Assembly: GCA_965205675.1 (NCBI GenBank)
Contig: OZ242186.1
Location: 672,001-736,000, forward strand
Length of the DNA stretch: 64,000 nucleotides
DNA from: Nitrosopumilus sp.
GTDB taxonomy: Archaea; Thermoproteota; Nitrososphaeria; Nitrososphaerales; Nitrosopumilaceae
Reading direction: 5' to 3'
Positions 30,550-45,967 of the stretch are shown piece by piece (positions within the stretch are counted from its first letter, which is position 1; each line of letters starts with the position of its first letter). The position numbers and the translations under genes are program-made. Under the pieces are notes generated by a model. The model was not told where the DNA came from. It was given only the letters and a program-made list of their open reading frames with translations, and did not search any database.

Positions 30550-33156
30550 TTAAGATGGAGTCTGAAAAGAATTAGAGTTTAAATGTTCACGGTCTATGCC
30601 TTGCTCATCTGAATAATACTCTTTTTTTAGTAAGGGTATTCCTTTACTTGAATCTATGATATTTGAGAGATTCTGTGAAGTATTATCTAGACTTACCATA
30701 AATTTAGAAAGTACACTGCTCCATTTTTTGGTATCGATTTTTCGTTCGATATGTCCTCCTTTAAAATTTTCAATGAATTCATTATACTTTCCCCAAACAT
30801 ACTCGCCAGACACAGTATTGTCATCACGATTGGTATATTTGATAAATTCTTTTTCTTCTTTTGAAAACTCATTTACTGGAATGTTAGTGTCAACAAATAA
30901 AGATATCGAGTTTTGGTTTATGACATTTATTGTGTTTAGATCTTCAAAATCTAAATGTCTTATCCCTTTTCGAACAAAAGAAGATGATCCTTCTCTAATA
31001 AAATCATCATCTCTATCTTTTATGCGTTTTAGAACTTTGTTGTAATAAGAATCTAAATCTCTTTTTTCTAGAAAGCTTTGTACCTGTGTAGATGAAACAA
31101 GATAATCCTTACTAATTGTTTGCCAGCGATGTGATTCACCATAAATGAAACTCGCTATCTGTTTGTCATTTTCCTTTAAATTAGTTACAATCAATTTGGC
31201 AGTATTTTGATATGACTTTGCATTTCGATTTATTCTACCTGCAATCTGTTCAATAGAGTCAAAGAGGGCAAAATCCCGAATTCCAAAATCGCAGTCAATA
31301 TCCACACCGGCTTCTACGCTTTGTGTTGAGATTAAAATTATCTTATCGTTATTTTTCATTTTTTTAATAATCTCCCTTCGTTTATGTGGCAGAATTGTGG
31401 AATTTAAGAGATATGTCTGGAAACCCATACCCTGTATTTTTTTATCTGAATATACTTTTGCATATAGTTCTAAAGATGTCTTGATAGTGTTTACAACAAG
31501 CAATATTTTATTCATACTTTCATGAATCTCATTGTTTAGCACAGTCTGTAACTGTTCCAGATTGTTTACATCATGTCTAAATGTTATTGTAACTCGATTC
31601 TGAAACAAGCCATGGTTGTGATAGTTAGAATTAATCAAATTCAAAATACCTGATCCATCTAATAATGTAGCAAGTTTTGGAAGTGTTGCACTCATGATAA
31701 TAAAGTAAATGTTGAGATATTTGGAGCTAAACATTATAAGATCATTGAAAAGAGTCCAATCTTTGTCATTTAAACTCTGAATTTCATCTATGATCACAAT
31801 AGAGTTGGCCAAATTGACGAGACGGTAATTACTTGTCTTTCCAGATTTTATAAACGCATTAAAGAAATTTACATTACTCATGACAACAAACGGATGATTT
31901 AGAAATTCATTATCAATAACATGCTGAAATCCCTCTGTCTTGTTTGATTCAATATTCCAAGATGATGAAGAATATACAGAAGATAATTCTTGCTCATTTA
32001 ATCCCAGTGTATCTTTTATTACTTCACGATTTTGCTCAATCAGATTGATGAAAGGAAATACGTAGAATATTCGTTTAATGTTGTTATTTGATTTTAGTAG
32101 AGTAAGAGCAAGTTTCATGGAGGTATTTGTCTTGCCGCCGCCTGTGGGAACCTTTAGGTAAAATACTCTTTGTTGAGGACTATTAGAAATAGATTTCTTA
32201 AGATTAGAATCCGATTCTAAGAGTATTTTTGTTCTTAATTCATTTAGATCATTAATATCAGGAAGATTTAAATTTTGGATCTTTTTGTAACAAGAAGCAT
32301 CGTTTAGTAGATACCCATCAAATTCATATTGGTAAAAATTCTTCTCGCATCTTTCTGCCAAAGAGGGGTTTATTGTAGAGATCTTATCCAAGTAAGATAC
32401 ATCCTGCATAAAATCAAGAGTAGCGTAATAGTCACTTGTAATCAAAAGAGAGTAGATTGTCTTGTATAAATAAAACAAAGCCTCTTTTTGCTCGTCTTTT
32501 TTGAAAATATAACGTATGTCTTTTTGTTTATAACCATCATTTTTGAAATTATACGCATTAGGCCATTTCTTCGTAGTTAGCAGGATTTTTTTCTGGCCAG
32601 TAAAAAAAAGATCAGAAATTGTGTCTAAATCATTTAATTCCTGTTCAATTGTAGTATTGTTACGCATTTTTTTATAAAGAAAATTAATGTCTTGTAATTG
32701 TGTATGATGTCTATCTATTGTCTGAGATAATAGGAGGAAAAGAATTTGATATTTCGATTCACAAAATTTGCTGTAAAAATCGTCAAAAAACAGATGATCA
32801 AATAATATTTTACCATAAAAGGAATGATCTGAATTTAGACTCTCAGTAGAAACACACAAATCATTTTTCATCTTCTCTTTCTGAAATACAGGGTTAACCT
32901 TGCCAAGATCATGATAATATATTATGGATCGAATCAATTCAATGAAATCGGGTGTTTGATGAGCTGGTACCAACGGAGATAAAATGCAATTTAAATTTTC
33001 TTTTAAAGATAGCTTGTTAATTAGGCAATCACAGTATTTCAGTGTCTTTTGTGAATGTGCGATTAATGTCTCAGAGTTTTTATCCCATGATGATGATGTA
33101 TGAGCCAAAATTTTATCATGATATTCTGGTTTTAATATTTGATCAAGAGTTTTCAT
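30550..33156 (-). CDS. cas3: Cas3 HD nuclease-helicase
   Basis: YHDLGK HD motif, PTGGGKT, IIDEIQ, MSAT, STQSVEAGVDID, QIAGRINR. Confidence 0.96.
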   Translation of the reverse strand: MKTLDQILKPEYHDKILAHTSSSWDKNSETLIAHSQKTLKYCDCLINKLSLKENLNCILSPLVPAHQTPDFIELIRSIIYYHDLGKVNPVFQKEKMKNDLCVSTESLNSDHSFYGKILFDHLFFDDFYSKFCESKYQILFLLLSQTIDRHHTQLQDINFLYKKMRNNTTIEQELNDLDTISDLFFTGQKKILLTTKKWPNAYNFKNDGYKQKDIRYIFKKDEQKEALFYLYKTIYSLLITSDYYATLDFMQDVSYLDKISTINPSLAERCEKNFYQYEFDGYLLNDASCYKKIQNLNLPDINDLNELRTKILLESDSNLKKSISNSPQQRVFYLKVPTGGGKTNTSMKLALTLLKSNNNIKRIFYVFPFINLIEQNREVIKDTLGLNEQELSSVYSSSSWNIESNKTEGFQHVIDNEFLNHPFVVMSNVNFFNAFIKSGKTSNYRLVNLANSIVIIDEIQSLNDKDWTLFNDLIMFSSKYLNIYFIIMSATLPKLATLLDGSGILNLINSNYHNHGLFQNRVTITFRHDVNNLEQLQTVLNNEIHESMNKILLVVNTIKTSLELYAKVYSDKKIQGMGFQTYLLNSTILPHKRREIIKKMKNNDKIILISTQSVEAGVDIDCDFGIRDFALFDSIEQIAGRINRNAKSYQNTAKLIVTNLKENDKQIASFIYGESHRWQTISKDYLVSSTQVQSFLEKRDLDSYYNKVLKRIKDRDDDFIREGSSSFVRKGIRHLDFEDLNTINVINQNSISLFVDTNIPVNEFSKEEKEFIKYTNRDDNTVSGEYVWGKYNEFIENFKGGHIERKIDTKKWSSVLSKFMVSLDNTSQNLSNIIDSSKGIPLLKKEYYSDEQGIDREHLNSNSFQTPS

Positions 33157-33163
33157 TATCAAA

Positions 33164-34003
33164 TCAGAATAGATATATTGTTTCTCCATCGATCTCAAAC
33201 AGATTTCCTTTTCCTAAATCTACTGAAGAGGTATCGGATCTTTTTGCAAGTTGTGCTACTTGAAGATGATAGTGCATGTTTTCAGAATAGCCTATAGGAT
33301 AATTTTCAACAAATCTAAATCCTCCCGGAAGACCCGATACTGTATGGCCATCATTAGATTCAAATCTACTTGCTGTATCGTTGCCATTGATATGGGTATT
33401 TTCATTATTTGTAAGAAATACAGATGATATGCATTCAGCGTTTTTCTTCTTCTGTTTTACATCTCCTGTGTTTATCTTGTCAAAACATGCAATGAATTCA
33501 TTTTTTCCAAGGTAGGGCATGAAAACAGGCTTGTTGTTTTTTAAGCGATCTGTTAATTCAACAATTGAATCCTTTTCTGCCTGATCGTAAACATAAATTC
33601 TGTATTTGGGTCTTATCAAAAGCTGTTCATGAATAAGTACATTTTCACTTGCTAGTCCTGCTTTGACGTTAACATTGGTATAAAAATAGCTATTTCTGCT
33701 GTTGTATGTGTTTATTATTTTGTTAAATGGAAAATCACCAATTGGTTTTATACCGATCTTGAGATCTTTGAGTCTTTCATAGAATTCAGGAAATTGATTT
33801 AAATCTAAATTATTTTTTTCATTGAATTGTGATGATATCGTTTCATATTGTCTGTCAAATCCACCCATGCCCAAGATACTGCCTATCATTCCCAAAATTG
33901 CAGGTTTTGGAGGGAGATTATATGTTAGACTTGTTTTGTTGATATCTGGCTTCTTAAAGAAACCAAAATCTGAACACATATCAAAATATACAAGATTTAC
34001 CAC
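33164..34003 (-). CDS. cas5: Cas5 (type I-B, Cas5h-like)
   Basis: FGFFKKPD...LTYNLPPKPAILGMIGSILG, PYLGKNEF. Confidence 0.93.
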   Translation of the reverse strand: MVNLVYFDMCSDFGFFKKPDINKTSLTYNLPPKPAILGMIGSILGMGGFDRQYETISSQFNEKNNLDLNQFPEFYERLKDLKIGIKPIGDFPFNKIINTYNSRNSYFYTNVNVKAGLASENVLIHEQLLIRPKYRIYVYDQAEKDSIVELTDRLKNNKPVFMPYLGKNEFIACFDKINTGDVKQKKKNAECISSVFLTNNENTHINGNDTASRFESNDGHTVSGLPGGFRFVENYPIGYSENMHYHLQVAQLAKRSDTSSVDLGKGNLFEIDGETIYLF

Positions 34004-34020
34004 AAAAATCCCCCAGCGGT

Positions 34021-34983
34021 TTACTTGTCACGTATTTCTTCCAAGGTTACAATGTGTCTCTTTTTGACAGGAAACTCGTTTATTCCAATCAAATCAATTT
34101 CATTATCATCATAGTATAGTTCTATGCTGGAGATGTATTTTTTATAATTACTCTTGAATTGGGAAAAAAGGTTTGACAAGTCTATGATGTTTTTATTCTC
34201 GCCTCTCTTTATCATAACATGATCTTTCATCATTGGTAATATGTGAGATTCTATTCTACCGTCTTTTTCATCAGCATTCATTTCAATAAACAAAAACAAC
34301 TCTGCATCAGATCCGATTTTAGATGCAGATGTAGTATGGCTTATGCCACGACACATGGCTTCTTTGAATAGTTCTATATCAGATTCTAATAAAAGTGATT
34401 TTTCATCTTGTCCCATACCCAATTCTAAAGAGTTGATCAGATTATTGGGGTTGATTACAAAGTCATATACATAATGAGACTCTAATGCCTTTGTTTCATT
34501 ACCAAGAGTTTGCTGTTTTTTATCCTTATCTGATGCATAAGGTGAAAGTATTTGATTGTTGTAAAATAGATTTTCATCAAACCTGTCTATGCCATAAGAA
34601 ATCTGAGTTGTTCCAGTAAGTGAAACCTTTTTGCCTTCTTCTGGATATGTGGCTCCAAATAAACGAACGTCTATCGTAGAAGTTAATTTAGCAATAACAT
34701 CTTTTTTTGTTTTAGCTTCTTTCCCAAAGACTTGACTATAATTTTCATTAATTTCACAAGGATTGCCATCTTTTTTATATCGTCTCCAAACAAATACTTT
34801 TTCGCCTTTATTGTGCAGATACTTTCTGACACAATATTTCAATGCTTTATCTGTAGCATAAATTGTTCCATTTTCATCAGGTAACCGCCTTGGAAGACCA
34901 GAAAAATCGCTGTTAAAAGAACTATTCTTTGCTTTAACAATCAACAGACCCTGAGCAAATTTCTTGAAATGTTTCGGTGTCAT
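34021..34983 (-). CDS. cas7: Cas7/Csh2 (type I-B)
   Basis: NSDFSGLPR, ATDKALKYCVRKY, DVRLFGAT, SLTGTTQI. Confidence 0.93.
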   Translation of the reverse strand: MTPKHFKKFAQGLLIVKAKNSSFNSDFSGLPRRLPDENGTIYATDKALKYCVRKYLHNKGEKVFVWRRYKKDGNPCEINENYSQVFGKEAKTKKDVIAKLTSTIDVRLFGATYPEEGKKVSLTGTTQISYGIDRFDENLFYNNQILSPYASDKDKKQQTLGNETKALESHYVYDFVINPNNLINSLELGMGQDEKSLLLESDIELFKEAMCRGISHTTSASKIGSDAELFLFIEMNADEKDGRIESHILPMMKDHVMIKRGENKNIIDLSNLFSQFKSNYKKYISSIELYYDDNEIDLIGINEFPVKKRHIVTLEEIRDK

Positions 34984-35007
34984 TTACACATAGCCTTCTT
35001 TCTTGCA

Positions 35008-36696
35008 TTAAATAACATTATCGTCTAGTGCTCCAACATAAAATGGAATTTTTAATTCTGTAAAAGACATACTTGGCTCATATGAAAAAACACATGTTGT
35101 AATTTTTTTAAAACGCTTGTTATCAAGTTTAATTTCATGTTTGTATTGTGCAATAAGTTGTTCGATGGTTTTCTTGACCAATTTTGTTGTGGATTTGTTG
35201 GTAAATGGTTCAAGAAGGCCATAAGTGAGCTTTTTTGATTTGGACAAACTTATCAGATAGTATGCTATTTGGCCTGCAAAGTATGCCCATCTCTCATCAC
35301 TATCAATCTCAATTTTCTCATTGTTGTCAGATAGAATTTTGTCTTTTATAGATTTAACATCATCTAAAATACATTTAGGTTTACTTTCATTTGACAACAG
35401 CAAGTGTCTGTTAAAGAACAAATTAAAAGTTTCTTTATCTGGTTTTTCCTTATTTCTTATACTTTTTTCGATTCGGAATAAAATTATATTTTGCAGATCC
35501 TTGAAAGTAAGTGTCTTTTTATTCCTATAAACAAAATCAAATATCTTTTGCCTCAATGAATAGATCAAAGTCGTTTCTTGGTTATCCTTTCCTTTTATCG
35601 GACCAAAATATTTGATAAATGATTTTTTACCATGTAGTGCTTCAGCTAGTTTTCCTTCAAGTTCATAACGTTTGATTGGTTTTGGTTTTTTATCATTTCT
35701 GAAATAGTCAGTAAAACAACCAATTTCCCACGTATAACCCGATACATAATCAAAGAATAGATATTCTTTAGATATAATAACAAGATAAAAATCAAAAACA
35801 TTTCTGTCGCGTTTGTAAAGTTGATTGAATATGAAATTAAATCTGTTTTCATCTCTTTCTAATTTATGATTTAACAATTTAATTTCTCCATTTACTTTAT
35901 CAGATTCAACAAATAAAGGAAAAATTTTGATTTTTTGTTCGTCAAGAATTTTAAGGAATTGATTCAAACTTACTGAACAACTTCTACATACTCTAAGTGG
36001 TATGCCTCCCTGACTAACCCTAGTAATATGTTTTAAAAAAAATTTCTTCCCATCATAATTAGTTAAAAAACTAGGATTTGAAATTTCTAGATTGGATTTT
36101 CGGCATACAAAACATTCTCCTTTAACTACAGATGTTTTTTTACCTATACTAGTTCTTTCTGTAATAAATTCAGAAGCAATTTTATCCCATTTGATAAATC
36201 TTTTTTCATCAGTATGGATCAAAACATGAAAATCCAAATAATTAAAAGTATTATCCTTGTTTTTTGTTAAATCAGGTAAAGCATCATTCAGAATTTCATG
36301 AATGTTTTCAATTAATATGCTATGATTCTTTTTTAGGAATTTTGTTTTGGATATTTTTTTCTTTAAGTCATCAAGGTTTTTTTGAGAGAGTTTAAAGGCA
36401 AAAAAAGTGAATGTTATCAATCCAGACGTACTTCCTAATGCCTTGTTTGGTTCACCAGGTAAAACATAATCTCTAAAACTATCAATTATTTTTTCATAGT
36501 GTTTGTTTTTATCAATCCACCCATTAACTTTGGAATCGTCATCCAGTATTTCAAGTCCATTATACATGAGAGAGTCATCATTCTTATTTTCTTTTGTTTT
36601 AATTATGATAATTTGTTTACCTGACCTAGGTTCTTTATGCTGTGTGGGTGATTCTTTATTGTACATATCAACAAACGTAATTATTTCTTTTAGCAT
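35008..36696 (-). CDS. cas8b: Cas8b/Csh1 large subunit
   Basis: Position between cas6 and cas7; CFVC...CRSC zinc pair; YFAGQIAYYLISLSKS C-terminal motif. Confidence 0.82.
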   Translation of the reverse strand: MLKEIITFVDMYNKESPTQHKEPRSGKQIIIIKTKENKNDDSLMYNGLEILDDDSKVNGWIDKNKHYEKIIDSFRDYVLPGEPNKALGSTSGLITFTFFAFKLSQKNLDDLKKKISKTKFLKKNHSILIENIHEILNDALPDLTKNKDNTFNYLDFHVLIHTDEKRFIKWDKIASEFITERTSIGKKTSVVKGECFVCRKSNLEISNPSFLTNYDGKKFFLKHITRVSQGGIPLRVCRSCSVSLNQFLKILDEQKIKIFPLFVESDKVNGEIKLLNHKLERDENRFNFIFNQLYKRDRNVFDFYLVIISKEYLFFDYVSGYTWEIGCFTDYFRNDKKPKPIKRYELEGKLAEALHGKKSFIKYFGPIKGKDNQETTLIYSLRQKIFDFVYRNKKTLTFKDLQNIILFRIEKSIRNKEKPDKETFNLFFNRHLLLSNESKPKCILDDVKSIKDKILSDNNEKIEIDSDERWAYFAGQIAYYLISLSKSKKLTYGLLEPFTNKSTTKLVKKTIEQLIAQYKHEIKLDNKRFKKITTCVFSYEPSMSFTELKIPFYVGALDDNVI

Positions 36697-36742
36697 CTAT
36701 AATATCACACAGTTAAATTGAAATTCTAAATTATATATTCTT

Positions 36743-37486
36743 CTAAACTGTCTTTTTCATGACAGGATTTACAAAACCAAACCCCAACGAGTTGCGTTCT
36801 CCTAGCCCACAGTCAAGGGCAAATTTTTGGATATCGGGGGAAATTCCAGCAGAAAACTTTATCTCCCACAAAGAGCCAATTACCGGAATCTTTGACAAAT
36901 CCTGTTCAATCTTGGTGGAGACTTGTTTTTTAAATTCATAATGCTCAAAAATTCGTTTGTTAATTTGTAAACCCGTAAACTCTTCATATTTTTTTCGCAT
37001 ATTGGCTTCAAGTGCATCGATGAATAGATCGATAGGATGATCTGATCTCCATAAAACTGACTTGTACGGGGCAGTATGTATTGTTTTTCCAGAATATTTT
37101 TCAATCGGTATGCGTATAATTATTGGAGACTGGGTGATTATTTTCAGTGGAAATGTCAAATTTCTTTCAGGTACTTTGATCGCCTTGACTATCTTAAATA
37201 AACTCCCGATTGATATTAACACACAGTTGTCAATAATTTTGATCAATTGTTCATGAATCTGATTTACAAGTTCTTTGTTGGGTGATGATATGATCAGATG
37301 GTAATGATCCGACTTTGTAGATTTGAATATGTTTGAAAAACAGAAAAATTTGTATCCTTTTTTATCGTGCAATTGATCAAAATCACTATTTCTAAGAAAA
37401 GAATAGATGAATCCCTGGATTTTTGCATGATATTCAAAGTTGATTTGATAATTTTGTAATGATTTTATAAAAAGCAATATGCGCAT
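36743..37486 (-). CDS. cas6: Cas6 endoribonuclease
   Basis: LHDKKGYKFFCFS and glycine-rich GLGERNSLGFG. Confidence 0.96.
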   Translation of the reverse strand: MRILLFIKSLQNYQINFEYHAKIQGFIYSFLRNSDFDQLHDKKGYKFFCFSNIFKSTKSDHYHLIISSPNKELVNQIHEQLIKIIDNCVLISIGSLFKIVKAIKVPERNLTFPLKIITQSPIIIRIPIEKYSGKTIHTAPYKSVLWRSDHPIDLFIDALEANMRKKYEEFTGLQINKRIFEHYEFKKQVSTKIEQDLSKIPVIGSLWEIKFSAGISPDIQKFALDCGLGERNSLGFGFVNPVMKKTV

Positions 37487-37599
37487 ATTGTGACTAATAT
37501 TGTTTCATATTTCATCTTTTAGGTAAGAGACTAATTTGCTCCTAGTATAGTTTTGGTATTTTTTCTTTAATCTTTGTTATCTTTTTCTGCCATGTGATA

Positions 37600-37930
37600 G
37601 TTAAGGCATTAAATATCTGAACACTTTAACAACTCGAAACACTTCATTATCCAATCTCGTCTGCATGTGTTTTCTCATTTCAGAACCATTGACGAAGAAT
37701 TGGTTTGCAGTTTCCCTTTTTCTCTTCTCTGTATCTTAATTGGGTTTAATTCTGGAGTGTATGCAGGAAAAACATCTAATGTTCGCTTTACTTTTTGATG
37801 CTTTGAGAAATTCTTTTACTATGACACTTTTGTGGCATGATGCATTATCTGCAAACAATAACAGTTTCTTACGAAATTGTTTTTGTAATGATTCTAAAAA
37901 ATCAAGAAATGAATCCTGAATCTGATGCAA
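37600..37930 (-). mobile_element. IS630-family transposase remnant
   Basis: LLLFADNASCHKS fragment; related to the remnant at 45968. Confidence 0.6.
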
Positions 37931-38334
37931 TCCTACTTAGGATAACGCTTAATTCCAATCAAAAATTATCTGATATGTTGCCTAGTTTTGAGTTAAACTA
38001 TTTTGCAGACAAAGTACACATTCATCGATGGCCCCAAAACTCACCTATCTGGGATGATTCTACAAAAAAACAATTTGTTGAATCAATCAACTCCAATCCA
38101 GGCAAAAAACAGATCATAATTAAAGACAATTACTTGAAAATAGGGGATTTTGAATTTACTTCATTGAAAAAAATTGGGGTTTCTGTACCTTTTTTTAAAA
38201 AGGAATGCACCATGATCTTGGAGGCCCAATATGGGAAATTCTTTGCACATGTGCACATTACAACAAAATCTGAGGACTATCTTGAGATTTTTAACAAATT
38301 AATTTCCTGGACCAAATCTTTTTCAAGGACTTAG
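37909..38334 (+). CDS. Hypothetical protein
   Basis: ORF from MNPESDAILL; its 5' end overlaps the IS remnant. Confidence 0.65.
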   Translation: MNPESDAILLRITLNSNQKLSDMLPSFELNYFADKVHIHRWPQNSPIWDDSTKKQFVESINSNPGKKQIIIKDNYLKIGDFEFTSLKKIGVSVPFFKKECTMILEAQYGKFFAHVHITTKSEDYLEIFNKLISWTKSFSRT

Positions 38335-38341
38335 AAGATAC

Positions 38342-39616
38342 TCATCTTATCATTTTTCTGATATCTGCCTTTGTGTGCGCATTTGATATGGCACCTAGTT
38401 TTCCTGGCAAAAAGAAAATTCCGTCATGTGCTATCATTTTAAAATGATATTCATGCAGGGCCTTGATATCACACATTGCTGCTTGGCAAGCATTGGTAAT
38501 CTCTGAAATCCCGTCTTTAACAAAATGAGTCATAAACAAAGACCCCTTGCCTGTAACTATGACTTTGCCATCAAATGACTTTGTTAGTTCTTGTCTTGCA
38601 TATTGCCCCAAATCGTTAATCTTAGAATACACTGAACTGTTGTTTTTTAACACCAATAGAGTAGCATACCCTGATGTCATAGAAGCTGGATTTGCAGAAA
38701 ACGTACCTCCCCCCACATAACTTCGCTTTGACTTTTTCTTATCTGTGGTATCTGCATGCTTCATGATTTCTTTTTTTCCACACATCACTCCAATTGCCAT
38801 TCCGCCTCCTACAATCTTACCTAATGTAACAATGTCTGGATCTAACTTCATTGTAGGGTATAGACATCCGTATCTGAATCTAAATCCTGTAACAATTTCA
38901 TCTAAAATAAACAATGACTTGTTTTTATGAACAAACTCTTGAACCCCTTTGAGATATTCTGGAGTAGCTGGAATACATCCTGCACCTCCCAACACTGGCT
39001 CTATGATTACTCCTGCTAAATCCTTTGCGTGTTTCCTAAGAATTTTTAGCGAACCTTCTAAATCATTGTAAGGTATGGAAATAATCTTCTCTTCATTTAC
39101 TATTCCGCTACTTTCTGATTCACTAAACGGCCAGTTTACACTTTTGAGCAAATCTGATGTGTATCCGTGCCATCCTCCATCAATCTTTGCAATAATTTTT
39201 TTCCTAGTTACTGAACGTGCCAGTCTTACTGCATACATTGTAGCTTCAGTTCCTGATGTGACATAGCGAATTTTTTCAGCAACTGGAACTGCCTTTGAAA
39301 TTAATTCTGATAATTTTATTGTCTGTTCATTTACAGTTCCATACATCCAACTTTTTTCAATTTGTTTTCTCAGAGAATCCTTGACATCTTTTGGAGCGTG
39401 TCCTAAAATTAAACTCCAATGTCCCATCCAATAATCTGTATACTTGTTCTCATCTACATCTACAAGATTTTTTCCAGAAGATGATTTTACTACAAATGGA
39501 TATGGTTCATAATATCGTATATTGTGAGAAACACCATTTACATGAAGTCTCAATGACTTTGCAAATATTTTTGCAGAATTTTTTGTCTTTTTTTTATACT
39601 CTGTAATGTAACTCAA
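38342..39616 (-). CDS. hemL: Glutamate-1-semialdehyde 2,1-aminomutase
   Basis: [43 protein letters not shown]. Confidence 0.9.
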   Translation of the reverse strand: MSYITEYKKKTKNSAKIFAKSLRLHVNGVSHNIRYYEPYPFVVKSSSGKNLVDVDENKYTDYWMGHWSLILGHAPKDVKDSLRKQIEKSWMYGTVNEQTIKLSELISKAVPVAEKIRYVTSGTEATMYAVRLARSVTRKKIIAKIDGGWHGYTSDLLKSVNWPFSESESSGIVNEEKIISIPYNDLEGSLKILRKHAKDLAGVIIEPVLGGAGCIPATPEYLKGVQEFVHKNKSLFILDEIVTGFRFRYGCLYPTMKLDPDIVTLGKIVGGGMAIGVMCGKKEIMKHADTTDKKKSKRSYVGGGTFSANPASMTSGYATLLVLKNNSSVYSKINDLGQYARQELTKSFDGKVIVTGKGSLFMTHFVKDGISEITNACQAAMCDIKALHEYHFKMIAHDGIFFLPGKLGAISNAHTKADIRKMIR

Positions 39617-40001
39617 AAGTAATTTTTAAAATAAAATCTGTCATTTTAACTATCAAAATAACCATCTCTGGTCAGTCTCTAAAAGTAAGGCATGTTTGAG
39701 TGGATGATATGGAGAATAAAATGTGTAATTTTTACAATTTTTTGACCCGATCAGGCATAATTTCACGTATGGTTTATATGGATTCTGGTTTTATTGGCTT
39801 CTGCATACGTAACGCAATAGGCGGCGCCCGTGATGAAGTATGGCAAGATGCCACTTTGTGATTTATGGGCCTCCAGTTACGCATACAAAAATGAGGATTT
39901 GATTGCAAGATCAATATCTGAGATGTGAAGATTATGTGCATCCGTCAATTCCAATTAAAGTACAAATGTACTTCAATAATCAAAACAAAAAAATAATTCA
40001 G

Positions 40002-41472
<1,471 letters not shown>

Positions 41473-41624
41473 TAGACAAGGAAAGTGTACGGGTGTACAT
41501 AATCTTCATATCAAATCATCGATGCAATGCATCACCAAAAGTGATGTATGAAGGATGTAGTATGTCCCTGCCAGGGGACTTGCAATGATCGTCGTGCATA
41601 GTCGTGTAATATGTGGCTGAATAT

Positions 41625-44616
<2,992 letters not shown>

Positions 44617-44700
44617 TCAGCCACTTACATAGAGACTATGCGCGATGATTTCATTCATATCATCAAGTGGATAACATATACACGACTTGTACGATGATTT

Positions 44701-44775
44701 TATTTTTTAATCATACATAGCGTAAGCTATGTGTTTTTATTTTTTAATCATACATAGCGTAAGCTATGTGTTTTT
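44701..44775 (+). terminator. Tandemly duplicated 37-bp hairpin plus T-tract after the rRNA operon
   Basis: ACATAGC-GTAA-GCTATGT followed by GTTTTT, present twice. Confidence 0.6.
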
Positions 44776-44958
44776 AGCTCTTTGATATTTTTTACATCGA
44801 TTAATTTTTTTACAAATGAGTTTAATTTGCAACAAATATTTTGTTTTGATGCTTGTAAAATCTATTATTTCAAGAAAATAATATTTGTTTAATGGTTTCC
44901 CACATGTTGATCATGTTCAATACATTTCATGTTGAAAATCCCAGAACATCATGGGAGT

Positions 44959-45870
44959 TTAGGACTTGCTCTTGGTGGGAATAGTTCTATCTTTGTGCTC
45001 TACAAGAACTAATTCCTTTTTCCATTTTAGAAATCGTGAGTCAGGAGGATACTCTATGTCCTCATTTATCTTGATTTCAGATAAAATGGATGTAAGCCAT
45101 CTTCTTACTGTAATTGTTCTGTTATCTCTTAAATTTTCTGATATTTTTATTCCTAGATCTTTTTCTACAATAACATCGCCTCTCTCAAAGGCCGTATCAC
45201 ATAATCTGCAAAACAACAACCCATTAGTTGGATTCATAGAGTTTTTAGGCTCTTCTTTTTTCATAATGTTATATGGCACAATATGTGCGCCTATCATGTA
45301 CTCTGGAATTTTAAATCCACATAGAACACATTTGTGGTACTGATTTTGTAAAATATTTTTAAATGCAGTCTGTTTTGTTCGAGCATAAATAGTTTGTATA
45401 GAACCATCAGAATGGAAATTCTTTTGTTTAATTTCTTGTTTAACATATTTGATAGCATATTCTTCTAACAAGGAATGATGATTTATTTTGGAACCTGCCA
45501 ATCTCCATATCCCCATACCTCGTCCACTTTTTGTACGCTTCCAATCTACTAAAATATTCTTTAGACGTAATCTCCGAATTTCTCCTGCTATCTCTTTGTA
45601 CAATTTGTTCCCATTTTCGTTAGTATAATCATCAAGGTTAAGACCTAAGCGTAATACTACAAATTTATCCAGTTCAGTTTTATTGTGCCATATGCACTTG
45701 CGTTCATCTGTTTTGGAATATGATTTACCATCATTTTGTATCATAAAGATTGGTTTACCTGGTTGAGTAAGATATTCCCATACATATTTTTGAAGACCGG
45801 TAAATTCCGGATATTTCTTGAACTGTCTCAATAATATGAATAAGAATTTATCATAATTAAATGAAGACAT
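44959..45870 (-). CDS. HNH endonuclease (restriction-type) with N-terminal winged-helix-like domain
   Basis: CVLCG...GAHIVPY...NPTNGLLFCRLCDTAFERG. Confidence 0.85.
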   Translation of the reverse strand: MSSFNYDKFLFILLRQFKKYPEFTGLQKYVWEYLTQPGKPIFMIQNDGKSYSKTDERKCIWHNKTELDKFVVLRLGLNLDDYTNENGNKLYKEIAGEIRRLRLKNILVDWKRTKSGRGMGIWRLAGSKINHHSLLEEYAIKYVKQEIKQKNFHSDGSIQTIYARTKQTAFKNILQNQYHKCVLCGFKIPEYMIGAHIVPYNIMKKEEPKNSMNPTNGLLFCRLCDTAFERGDVIVEKDLGIKISENLRDNRTITVRRWLTSILSEIKINEDIEYPPDSRFLKWKKELVLVEHKDRTIPTKSKS

Positions 45871-45967
45871 TAGAATTAGAGCAAATATTTGTATGAGAAT
45901 CAGTCAACTCAAAAATTAATGATAAATGTGGAATCATGAAATGGGACAAATTATTTGTTAATGATAT

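Noticed and set aside
37534-37552. ATTTGCTCCTAGTATAGTT upstream of cas6, resembling a degenerate CRISPR repeat (CreA/CreR-like mini-array)
   Set aside because: Only a partial match in AT-rich DNA, with no convincing second repeat, and it borders an IS remnant.
38300-38360. Possible premature stop in hemL
   Set aside because: The protein is 424 aa, essentially full length with all motifs present.
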